A DNA stretch of 64,000 nt from positions 161,386,001 through 161,450,000 of the forward strand of contig OX597814.1 in assembly GCA_951406725.2 (NCBI GenBank). Reading direction: 5' to 3'. The notes under the pieces were generated by a model. That model saw nothing but the letters and a program-made list of their open reading frames with translations, did not search any database and was not told the DNA's origin. Of this stretch, positions 11,496-24,010 are shown in pieces; the stretch's first letter is position 1, and every line of letters starts with the position of its first letter. A program made the position numbers and the translations under genes. The DNA comes from Octopus vulgaris. Taxonomy: Eukaryota.

Positions 11496-13447
11496 AATCT
11501 TTGCAGCTGATTGTGTGTTCTCATTTAATAGTCACACACTGACTACTGTAATTGTTAGTGTTGAGGGCATCAGATGGGAGATTATGAGTTATTTGCATTT
11601 TACACTTAATATGGGGACAACATCTAAATGCCTGTGAGAGAGGTAGAGAATAGAAAGGGGGGAAAGAAAGAAAAGGAACTATGTCAGTCCTATACTACAA
11701 AATTTCAGACAGTACACTTGTTTACATTGGTGAATTTAATCTACAGTGGTAGTTATATGAAAGGGATTGATGTCCTAGCTTTTACGTGCATGCATATATA
11801 CACCAACTCTGCATATTTCCATCACAAATATATATCAGATATTCTGTCATTCTTTTAGAAAACTGTCTCCCCGTCTCTCTCTCTCTCTCACACACGCACA
11901 CACACTTCCTCTAATACACACTCACACTCTCTTTCTCACACACACACACACACACACTCTCTCACACACACACACCATTTAGTTACAGCTGGTGGATTGA
12001 TAAGGTTCCACTGTCACTTCATTGTTTTCAGCAGCTGAGACATTTAATTCTTGCTGGATCTGTTGATTTAGCTGTAAATAGCTAATATAACTAGATACAG
12101 CTCACTGCTGTAAAGAAAGGGCAGTAGCACTGTATAAATAACAGTGATATTGTGTTAACTTTCTGTTCTATGTTCAAGATTTGAATGAACTTGGGAACCT
12201 GTTTCAGTATTCAGCTTAGGGAGAAGTTCTTTTGCCATTTGTACTTTATATTTTGTATGATAATAGAATTTATATTTCATTTCCTTTTATCAATGATAAG
12301 CCAGAATTAAACAGCAAATATGTTTACAATTGGGGATGGTCATTCTTTTTGCCAATTAATTTGTTTAAGTATTTTGTGCAAATATACAAAACCAAAGTAC
12401 ATAATATAATAAAAAGTGAATACATTATTTCTGTATTCTTATAGTTGATGCTATCTAAAACTGACAAATGACATGAAGGTAACGGTCAAGGGAAAAAACA
12501 TTTCATCTTTGTGATTGGCAAACTTCTCTATGATTTAGGACTTGAAATGTGTGATTTCTATATTGAAGGAAAAGGGTGTTGGAAGATTTAGTTATTGCAT
12601 TGTGTAGATGATTTTTAACATAAAAGCTCTGTGATGAGATTAATATACGTTTTAATACTGTAGTTTTGATATATTTTGTGTAGACTATGTTGCTGGTAGA
12701 TTCTTGGTTGTTCGTTTAAGGTTGTTTTGGTGTTGTTTACTCCCAGATCAGCCCAGTTGTAGCAGATTTATGATCAAAAGTTGCTCCAGTTGTGACTATT
12801 CTTTTATTTTACACACACACACACACAGAGGTACGCATGCATGTACACACACATATACACCCACACACACATACACACCTTATGAACCTACATACATGCA
12901 TGCATATGTATATACACCCATAAATACTCTTCTTTCAGTTTCCGTCTACTCTGTCAGATCTGCTCACTAAGCTTTGGTCAGCCTGGGGCTATAGAAGAAG
13001 ACACTTGCCTGATAAATCAACTAATTTCTTTTTAGTCCATGTAGCCACTCTTCCTTCTGACTTTACTTTATTGTTATAAACATTATTTCCCTTCTGATTT
13101 ACTGACCATGCAACCTACCCATCAAATAATATGTAGTTCACTGATTTAAATGAATACCAAAACACTTAGATAACTTTAAGAACCTGGACATAATATATCT
13201 TCAGTATGCTTAAGAATGTTCTCTGACATGCCATATATGTTAGAAAACACTTGAAATATACTTTTTGTTTTTGTAGAATTACTAGAAGAATATTTACTCT
13301 ATACATTTTATCTTCATTGTGAATATTCATCATTAAACTAAACAACGGTAGTGAACTGGCAGAGTTATTTGAGTGTTGCATACAATCCATTGCAATATTT
13401 GTTCCAGATCTCTATACTTTAAGTTCAAATCCTATGAAGGTCACCTT

Positions 13448-13449
<2 letters not shown>

Positions 13450-13479
<30 letters not shown>

Positions 13480-14428
13480 TTAACGTCTGTTTTCCATGCT
13501 GGCATGGGTTGGATGGTTTGATTGAGGTTTGGAGAGCCAGTGGCTGCACCAGGCTCCAATCTGATCTGGCAGTGTTTCTACAGCTTGATGCCCTTCCTAA
13601 TGCCAACCACTCCGAGAGTCAGTCAGGTGGGCCTTGCATCAATCACGTTTGGATAGTGCTTATTACCTGCCACTGGCATGGGGGCCAGTCAGTGGGTACT
13701 GGCATCAGCCCCGTTCAGATGGTGCTTTTTATGTGCCACTGGCACGGGGGCCAGTCAGGTGGTCCTGGCATCGATCATGTTTGGATAGTGCTTTTTACTA
13801 ACCTCCACCAAGTATATCACATTGCCTGATGCATCAGGGGTACTCTTAACTGGGCTGGACATGCGTGGCTGCGATCTCACTTTAGTTACTGGGTATTCTC
13901 AATCACAGCATATCTCCAAAGGTCTCGGTCTCTTGTCATTGAGGCCCAATGTTTGAAGGTCATGCTTCACCACCCCATCCCATGTCTTCCTGGGTCTACC
14001 TCTTCCACAGGTTCCTTCCACAGTTAGGGAGTCGCACTTCCTCACAGAGCTGTCCTCATCCATACGTAACACATGACCTTACCAGTGCAATCGTCTCTCT
14101 TGCACACTACATTTGATGCTTTTTATGCCCAACTTTTATCTCAGGGTGCTCACACACTCTGATGCACACTGACATTACACATCCAGCAGATCATACTAGC
14201 TTCATTTCTTTCAAGACTACGCATGTCCTCAGCAGTCATGGCCCATGTTTCACTGTTGTGTAGCATGGCAGTTCACACACATGCATCATACAGTCTACTT
14301 TTCATCCTAAGCAAGATGCCCTTAGTTGCCAGCAGAGGTAGGAGCTCCTTGAACTTTGCCCAGGCTATTCTTATTCTAGCTGCTACACTCTCAGAGTAAC
14401 CACCCCCACTACAGACTTGTTCGCCTAG
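13450..14428 (-). mobile_element. RTE-clade LINE 3' fragment (~1 kb)
   Basis: (CAT)n tail. Minus-strand remnant LGEQVCSGGGYSESVAARIRIAWAKFKELLPLL...SETWAMTAEDMRSLERNEASM, typical of the RTE C-terminal region. Confidence 0.88.
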
Positions 14429-16119
14429 TGTTTATGTTCTTGTTCTTTAGTGTTTATTGCCTCTGTGCATCTTCCACACACAAAAACTATTTTCCTGGTT
14501 AACCCTCCTTTGATATCACTGCAGCTTTTATGTGTCTATAGCTTACACTGGGTACACCAGGTCTCTCTCTCTCTCTCACTATATATATATATATATATAT
14601 ATATACAGCATAAATTCTTCTATGTTGAAGACATCAAAATGCTGAAATATATCATGACAGAAAGCAGATGTAATGAGATTAAAAGTATTGCCCTATCTAT
14701 CTATCTATCCGTCTGTCTGTATATAAATATATATATATATATTACACATATAAATAACGAAATAAATATTTTTAAATGGTGAAACTAAGAATTTCCCTGG
14801 AATCCCTGAAGAAACTTTTTTACTAAATGCATTGTATTGACAATTATTTAATTATTTGTACTAACCTAGAACAGTAGACCAGCAGGACTATTTGAGAGTT
14901 CAGCTAGATGGTATATGTTCTGGTTGTTTGGAATCTGACAGTAATGCCTGTAACGACACTGATGCCAAACTTTAAAAACCCAAGCTGGTGGCCTTTCCCT
15001 TGTACTGGCATAGGTGGTATGGAGAATGGAAACTTGCATACATGGGCAACTGAAAATCTCCCTCAAAAACTTTTGCCCACTCAGGCCTGCATATATATAT
15101 GTAGATGCATGATCTAAGTATTTCAAAATACATCAACTTGAAGTATTTTTAATACTGTCACATAAAAACCTTCATTAAATTTCCTGATAAGTACATACCA
15201 GAAAGCAAATATATGAAGTGTGAATGAGTGATTAAATTTGATTATCATACTGTATTGCTTTCAGCTGTTATCTAGTAGTACATAGTTATATATTAAGATA
15301 AGATGAATTAGGTATTAAGATAAATTTATCTAGTATAAATTTTGTGATTATGGAAATTGGTGTGAAGGGTAGAATGTTACACTAGTTGTATTCATATGCT
15401 TTCAGTGTTGACTTTGATATTATCCCCATGGGTCAACAGAATAGGCACCAGTAATATACCAAAGTTAAATTATAATATCTTTATATCCAACTAAAATAAA
15501 TAGATGTTCACTTATATTGATGTCAGTTTGTTTTAGTTTATTCATCAAGGATATTTAATATTATATTTTATAAATACCTTGTCTAAGCACAGTCATTTTA
15601 TTTCTATATTGTGAATGCTTATTGGCTTCTAGATATTCTTTAGGTATTTTTCATCCTGTAAAGTGGTTGGTGTTAAGAAGGGCATCTAGCTGTAAAACTA
15701 TGTCATAACAGACATTGCAGCTCAATCCAGTACTTGGACATGTTGGATCCGGTCAAACCATCCAACTCATGCCATATTAGATAATGATGGTGATGATTTT
15801 TTTTACATTTTACTATACGAAAATAATTTTCTTATCTGCTAATCAAAAACATAAGTTTTGTGAGTTTAAATTTTAATATGCAAAGTCATTGCATTTCTTG
15901 TTTCTACAAGCCATATTAGATATGCTTATACTCCAAAGCTACAAATGTATAGATGGTTATCAGAATACAGATAAATTAACTATCGTACAAAGTACAATTA
16001 ATATTTGCATCTTCATATAAAATAATAAAAAGAAAAAATAAACACTTCAATATTCTGTTTAATTTTTATTCAGATTCAGTGATAAATATTGAAAATCCCC
16101 TCTTTCTTTTTTAACACAG

Positions 16120-16293
16120 GTCAAGTCAACCAATTGCTGAAATACCAACTGATAAAACTCAATCTACTCCACGTAAACAACAACATTATACTAGTCGTCA
16201 CCACCTTACTGAACCTGTGACTTCTTGTGAAAAGCAAGAAGCTTCAGAAGGCGTTGAAACTGTTGTTAAATTAAGCGGATCTGTTGCAGAAAG
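16120..16293 (+). CDS. SVIL: Supervillin exon 2
   Basis: acacag|...AG|gtaaat, 174 nt, phase 2-2. Encodes SSQPIAEIP...SRHHLTEPVT...KLSGSVAER, resembling the supervillin RxxTQPVT and SVxER motifs. Confidence 0.85.
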
Positions 16294-17599
16294 GTAAATT
16301 TATAGTTATTTTAATTTCACTTTATATAGATAAAAGTTTAAAAAAATATATCACATACTAAAAGTTAAAAATTTTATTAGGACCTTTAAAACAAATTTTA
16401 AAATAGTTTTCCTTCTCTATGAAGCATACAAATGCACTTAATCATGTGTGTGCATATTATTCAGTAAGTTTTGTATATTTTATGAAAATATTTTATCAAG
16501 GTAATGAATGTATTTAAGGTAGAATTCATTTTGTTCCTTTAAAATATAACAAAGATCTTTTAGATTTCAGGACATGGTAGTCCAGAATTAGATAACAAAA
16601 TGCATTTTATTTCAGCTGCAGCTCTAATAATCTTGGTTGGTTATAAAAGTATCCACATATCATAATTCCCATGTGTTGCTATTTATTCACCTATTTAGAA
16701 GTTGTAGTATTTCTGTGATGAATTTTTGGAACAGATGCAAAACTGTTGTGTTTATTTTATTGCTTTTAAAATGAAATTATTACATATTATAACCTTTACA
16801 ATGTTTGACTTGTCATTATGCAACAGCTGCATATGACAAACTAGTTGTAACATTTTCAGTAGCTGAAAACTTTGTTGGTTTAGAGTGTCAGATATGTGAT
16901 GTCATATTTACTCATTTTGAGAATATTTCTTCCTCTATGATAACATTTATCTGGCATTATATTTAATAATTTTATGAAATAATTACTGTGAATTTCAAAC
17001 TTTCTATCAGTTATATCATGCATGTATTTATAATTATAAGTAAAAGCACAACAGTTTCTAAATCCAGTTCCTCTTCAATATCTTGACTCCTATAGAATAA
17101 GAGATAAATTGTTTAAATATAGTTTCTAATCAAAGCAATTTGTATTTTTGCAATTAGCTGTTTATTCATTCTAAATAGTTTAGAGATTTTTCCACTCATA
17201 ACAAATTTTATTTTTTATTTTTCTAATAACATTATGCATACTATTACAGGTTTTTAGGCAATATGCAAATATAGATGAAAAAAAAAATGAAAGGTTACAA
17301 AAAATAAATGTATAAATGAAAAATATAAAATATTCATAGAAAAGGAAAGTTTTCATACAGTTGGACTGATATTTAAAAATTTTTTTAGGATTGTATTCTG
17401 TGTCAGAAAGAGAAGGGAAAAGTGGGCAAGCATGCAGACATAAAGCATGTGAGCTATGTAAATATTGGTGACATGGAGTTGAATGGAGCAGGTAGTAGGA
17501 ACAATAGTGTTGTAGTTTACGTACATAATTGAAGTTATTGAACTAAGGAATTCTTTTCTCTTTGTAGTGAGAAAGATATTCAGTTTGTTGAAAACAAAT

Positions 17600-18060
17600 T
17601 CAGTTGTCATAATAACATAATCTTTCCAGACTAAACATGTAGGGTTGTTTCTTTGAAGTTCTCAGCCCGCTTCATTGACTATAAAGTGCAACTGTATTCT
17701 AAGAGACTGTAAATTGGGAATTTTAATGTTCTTGATGATAAACCTCAAAGTCAAGAAAGTTCAAGGATTCATTTTACAAATTTTTTTTGTAAATAGGATG
17801 AACATGACAGAGTCAGCTATTGGGGAATACTGAGGAGACTTAAAATAAAGAACTTTAAGTAGAACAAAGCTCATGTCAATCTGAAATCAGTATCTCCATA
17901 TGAACAAGATATCATTCTGAAATAAGAGATGCAAGTAGCAAGCATTACAATCTATTCACAATAATAAATTGCTAGTAAGACTTGATGCAATAAATTCAGA
18001 GCATGTAAGAGAATATCTGCCAAATTTATGAAAACTAACGGGCATCTTTTCTTTGAAGAA
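17600..18060 (+). mobile_element. Possible very old CR1/L2-like LINE remnant
   Basis: Only weak peptide traces (KVQ..F, SYWGILRRL) with many stops. Confidence 0.25.
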
Positions 18061-19903
18061 GAAGAAAAAAGGCTCGCCAATATAAAATGGTTGTAAAGAA
18101 ATTAAGCAAAATGTTTTAATGTAGATTAATTATACTTAATTAAATAGTATGAGTTATATACTTAAGTAGCTGTATGAGATTTCTATATATGTGTGTGTGT
18201 TATATGTAAATGTGCACATACATGTATATATACATATACAACACATGTGTTTGTATGTGCATGCACATGTGTTATGCAGATATACAGGAGTAAAAGTACG
18301 AAATACATATAAGCAGAATTTATTCATTCAAAGTGAATGAGTCATGCAGTGACAATTCTTAGTTTCTTGTGAGTATGCATTATGTGACGAAGGAATGAAT
18401 AATTAAGGAACATGACTACTATCCTTCTTAGGTTTCATTGGCCAGCTTTGGTCTGATGTTTATCTGAGTGGTATTGTATAACAGCATAGATTTTCAGGAT
18501 GTTTTTAGTTGGGAGAGTTACCGTAGCAATTCTGCTGCTCTCTCTCATATAGGTTCTAGCAGATGGACATCACAGGGGTAGAAAGTTTATTTATTTATTA
18601 TTTTATATTGCTGTATTCTGAAGGAAAGCTCTATTGGTTACAAGCTTTCAAGAAGCCAAGTACTGGTTTAATGTATTTCAGGCAGTAACAAGGAAGTGTC
18701 TCACATGATGTGAAGGACTTAAGTCTGTCAAACACTGCTTATTGGGTTTTCTTGACTTTGCGTTTATCCTGTACATATGAAGCAGTGAATGTACATACAA
18801 ACATAAATACACGTGGATAGTGTGTGCATGCATATGTGCGCACATGCCCACACACACGCACAAATATATTTTGAGTTTTGCATAGTCTCTAGTGACCAAA
18901 TTTTGCTATCAAGGATAAGTCATCATAAAGCTAAAGTATAATACATGCCCTAAGTGCTGTGGTGTGGGTTTGAACCCAGAGTCACATCCATACCTAGTAC
19001 AATGTGCATGTTAGCTATAGCTTAGCCATTGCCAGTACCCCGCAAGGGTGGAATATGGTTATTCCTTCTGTATTTGGAAGGTGTATTGTCAGTAATATTT
19101 ATTCTCATAAACAGGTATATTTAACATTTCTTAGAAGATCCATTAGACACAAACATGTTTGTAAGTGGGTGGTGTTAGAGTATGCACAAGAGGGTTTACT
19201 ATAGTTATTTGGGTGAAATAAAAATAACTTTCACATCAATTTAAAAAGTAAAGCATTGCTTTCTCAGTTTTTCTTTTGGGATTCATTAGTCCTTCAGAAT
19301 TTGGATTTAGTATTACTTTGTCTTTTTAGATTTTGAATTTTCCTTATAGTTTTTAAAAATAGTACAATGTAATATAAGTTTGCTATATAATGTTTGAAAC
19401 ATTGCTTTATAGATTTTATCTTTTTTGAAAATATATATTGAATAAGCTTAAATATGGTGTTTACACAAAATGCTAATATTGCAAATTATCTATCTTTCTT
19501 TTGAAAAGCTATCTCTAGATACATCTATATCTGAAACAGCTATAATAATTAGTTTAAAATTTTAGCAATATAATGCTTAGTTCTCTTTACAATTCTCTCT
19601 TATTCTGTCTTTCTCTTTATATGTATTCATATTTATGTACAGACACACGTCATGCCATTGTACTTCTTTATTAAAAATTATTGTCATTTGACATCATATG
19701 CTGTAGGTAACAGTACTTTAAAACTAAAAGTAAAATTTGAAGTAAAATTTCGTTAATCAATCAAAATCTGATAATGTTAATTATCCTTTGTATGTTTTTC
19801 TTGGTAATGGCCATTTGGGTTGTTGATTATTTTGCCTTGTCATTGTCTTTGTTTTGTTCTGTACTACTGTGAGAAAATGTCAACTAATTTGTTGATCTTC
19901 CAG

Positions 19904-19954
19904 AGATAATTCTCCTCAGATGTCAGTTGATGATCTTGGCTTACCAGCCAACAG
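19904..19954 (+). CDS. SVIL: Candidate alternative 51-nt microexon with GC donor
   Basis: Branch-like actaat, acceptor cttccag, open phase 2-2 frame (R)DNSPQMSVDDLGLPAN(R), donor CAG|GCAAGT. Confidence 0.5.
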
Positions 19955-20999
19955 GCAAGTTACTGCGTATGACTAGAGTAGTCGATGCACTAGCACACCA
20001 GCTATGAAAAATCATTGCACATGCTGATTTATCCTATTAATTTGATCAGCCAAAATATAAATTGATTGTATGCCATAACCCATACTTATTTCACTCAGTC
20101 AAACTGGTTTGTTCTTGCTATCAGTAGAAGTCAGTATACCAGTAATGTTGTGTGTTGTTTGTTATCTTTCTTATCTCATACCTCTTTCCTTTTGACTTGT
20201 TATTTTAAATCCTGTTTTTGTATTTCCAAGTATGAATGTGCATATCTGATTCAAGGAATGAAATAGAAAGCAGACACAAGAGATACAAAACTATGTGATG
20301 ATCAGAGAAGTTTCAGGTCTATAAGCTTATAAAGAATAAATACTAAAATAAACATTGACTTATCACAGCCTTTTAACATGGAATTAAAACCTATTTTAAT
20401 GTACATTTAGTATATCTATATAAGACATACCAGTTTATTATATATAAAAGGTGAGAGCACTCAGTAATGGGTTGAAAGAGTTGAATGCAATACAACTAAG
20501 TTTTAAAATTAGCTATGAATTATTTCCTTTAGTTATGTCATAATGACATGAAGCATTTGTTGCATCTCTGGAAGAAGGAAAATGGGGAAAGATTTGGCCC
20601 AAGAATACAGGGCACTAGATATTCAAGGAAAGCCTCTAATGCATGAGAACCAACTGGGCAGAGTTCAGAAGGATTACCACAGACTGATCTTATTAAAGAA
20701 AGCCTACTGCCTTATGCACCTCACATGTGCATATATGCATGTATATATGCATACGCACATACATGTATTTGTGTGTGTGTCTGTTTCTACCATGCTCCTT
20801 ATGGTAGTAATTTATGGCTGGATGCCCTTCCTGTTGCTAATTCTTACCTGCTTTTCAAATAAAAGACTTGTTTATTCCATTGGTATTCAAAATTGAAGAG
20901 AAACTGACCATAATGTTAACCAGGAATGTAAACATCATGTCACCATTTCACTCAGTCAAAGCTGAGTGAAGGTGTAGAATGTCAACACACACACACACA

Positions 21000-21162
21000 C
21001 TACAAGCTTTTTTCAGTTTCTTCCTACCAGTTCTACCCACAGACTTTGGTTAGCTTAGTGAGGCTACAGTAGAAGACACTTGCTCAAGGTGGTATGTGCT
21101 GGGGTTCAACCTGAAAGCGTGGTTGCAAAACGAACTTCTTAACTACACATCCATGCCTGCAC
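21000..21162 (-). mobile_element. SINE family A 5' half
   Basis: tttcagtttc...gtagaagacacttgctcaagg...catgcctgcac. Confidence 0.7.
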
Positions 21163-22058
21163 ATATCATAATCACATATATATGTATGTAAATATGTATG
21201 AACTATTAAAAATATCTCATAACTTTGGGGCCTTTTCTTTAATCAACTTTTGACCACAGCCAGAAACTGAAGATGTATGAGGTGTAAAGTTAAATGTTAC
21301 TGACTTACTTAATCAGGTGTAACTGTCATATAATATGACAATTATATATGTATGTGTGTGTATACACACACACATAATATACACACATGTACATACACAC
21401 GTATACACACACACATTATGTATGCATATATGACAATATTTACATATGTGTCATGTATGTGTGCGTACATATATATAGGTGTTATATATATATGTGTGTG
21501 TGTGTGTTATATATATTTATTCATATGAATTATGAATATGTGTGTTTGTGTATTTATTTAGTCATAAGTAGATGTTTGTATCAAAGAATATATGAGTCAG
21601 ACATACATGTACTGAAATAATATATTCTGACCAATGTTATCTCAGGTGTAATATCCTCAAGTACTCAAAAAATGGTTAGAAATAAATAATGAATTAAGAT
21701 AATTAGAATCACGACTTTTGTGTACATACTAAATATACAGAATGAAAAAGCTCAGGAAAAAAACTAAGTCAAGTATATGTAGATACTTATTTTACAGTGT
21801 TACACTTTTTTTTTGCGTGCTTATAAAACCAGCAACTTGATTCTTGATCCATGTTTCATTAGATATGGCAGTAGTAATAGTATGATACTAAGTCAAGGAC
21901 TCTATACAGCATTTGATTGGCTGTCATTTTGAATGAATTCAAATACAAAATAGACTAAAAAATATATAAACGTTTTGAATTTGTTGCTAATTTCTTAAGG
22001 TAAAAATACTTTCAGAGAACTCAGTCACATGTTAAAAAAAAGACTAGGCTTTGTATAA

Positions 22059-22089
<31 letters not shown>

Positions 22090-23263
22090 AACACAACATT
22101 CTGACTGATTTAATCTAGTATCTCTGTGTGTGAAGGTGTGTTTGTGTATATGTGTGAAACAATTTCTCCTTTTTAATCCTATTTATTCATATCTGTTTAT
22201 CTGTTTATACTTGTTATTAGAAAATATAACATAATGGCCATTCTCGGTACACATAGATATTCTATAAAATAAGTTATAGTATATTTACACCGAAACAAAA
22301 TGCGAGCTCTTGTAATGTCTGCAACAGTTAGTCACCTGCTTCAAGTATGGAATAAAGCCAATCCATACTAAATTAGTAGAATATCACACACCATCTCAGA
22401 TCAAGTCTTTTTTTGGAAAGAGTGGTTTATGTAAGACATATGTAACTAACTCTAAACAACCAAAATGTTCAGGTTGCTTAGTAACAGCCAGCTCTTACTT
22501 GTTTCTTTGTACTCATATACTATTTTCACAGAACTCTTTGTTGATACATCCATTAACTTTCGTATCTACTTTCTTATGCTAATATGGATTTATAAATGCA
22601 AGTTATAGTCATATGAAAATATATAAATAGATCATGTGCAATTCTTGTATTCATGTGTATGATATTACACATTTAGAAAGAGAAAACATGTGTTGTTCAT
22701 GTTATTTTCAAAGTCGTTTAGCAGTGGAAGTGAAGCGCAACACACTAGGAAATGAAACCAGATTGTCAATGACTTGATGCTTACTGTGTGCGTCTATTTC
22801 ATTATCATGTCCTGCGATAATATAGATTGAGTTTCCCAAAAGTCACTATAAGTCCGAACATCTAATAGCATTTCTCTATGTTAATTATTTAAAGTTAATT
22901 TGATTAAAGGTATTTAAAATTTGATATCCTTTGTGACATTTGAGACAGCTGCTGTGTGTGTGTGCATGTGTGTGCATGCGCACAGATGCGTGTAGCTGAT
23001 TAAGGGAAAGTGACAGGGGGGAGAGAGAGAGAGAGAAAGAAGAATCAACCCCAGTACTTGTATTATATTTATCAACCTTGGAAAGATGAAAAGTGAAGAT
23101 GACCTCTGAAGGATTTCATCTGTAACAGATACCATAAGGTATTCATTCTATCTATCACGCTAATGCTTCTACCAGTTTACTGCAATACACATATATATAT
23201 ATAGATATATATATATACAAATGTGTATAACTAGATACACACACACACACATGCTCACATATA

Positions 23264-23310
<47 letters not shown>

Positions 23311-23459
23311 TGTATTTGTGTGTATGGTTGTCATTTATAAGCAACTTTGACTTGGTAGTATGCACCACACTTTTGGTAATTGTTTTAGGTGCTCATCTAT
23401 TGAGCGTAGACATAGGTGCCCTCTCAGTCATCCTACTTTTGAACCAGCAGAACCTCCAG

Positions 23460-24010
23460 TATGCCAGCTGGAGAGAGAGAGAGAGAGAGAACAGTGCATC
23501 AGCTCTTTGTTGGTGCTCATTCCATCTGAGTAGACTGGAGTAATATGAAATAAAGTGGCTTATTCAAAGGCACATTGCATTTCTTGGTTCAGAAATCAAA
23601 CCCATCGTCTTAGGAGCATAGCCCAACAGCTCAGTATCTTTAACATCTGTAACTACTCAGTGATCTGCTATGGAGTTTGTATGTGTTTGTGTGTGTTTAT
23701 ATATGTGTATGTCTCTGTAACAGTGTATGAACCAGACTATCGGACACTGTTATACACCACTAGTCACAATGCCTTTCTTTGCATTGTTGTAGCTTTTGAA
23801 TGATGCCACCCTGCTGGCTAGGCAGGCTAACATTCTCCCTGAATGGAATGTCAGTCTATCATAGAGTTACCCATTTACAGCTGAGTAGACTGGGGTAATG
23901 TGAAACGAATTGTTTTGCTCAAAAATACAACAGACTGGTCTGGGAATCAAATCCATGATCTTGTGATCATGAGTGCAACATCCTAAACATTAGGTCATGT
24001 ACCTTCTCAT
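23460..24010 (-). mobile_element. Two degenerate SINE family C-like copies
   Basis: Repeated ctgagtagactgg(a/g)gtaat(a/g)tgaaa...(g)aatcaaa segments at ~23525 and ~23880. Confidence 0.55.

Noticed and set aside
11342-11637. ORFs with YIYI/CVCV runs (also 21387, 33477, 59771, 59956)
   Set aside because: Translations of dinucleotide microsatellites.
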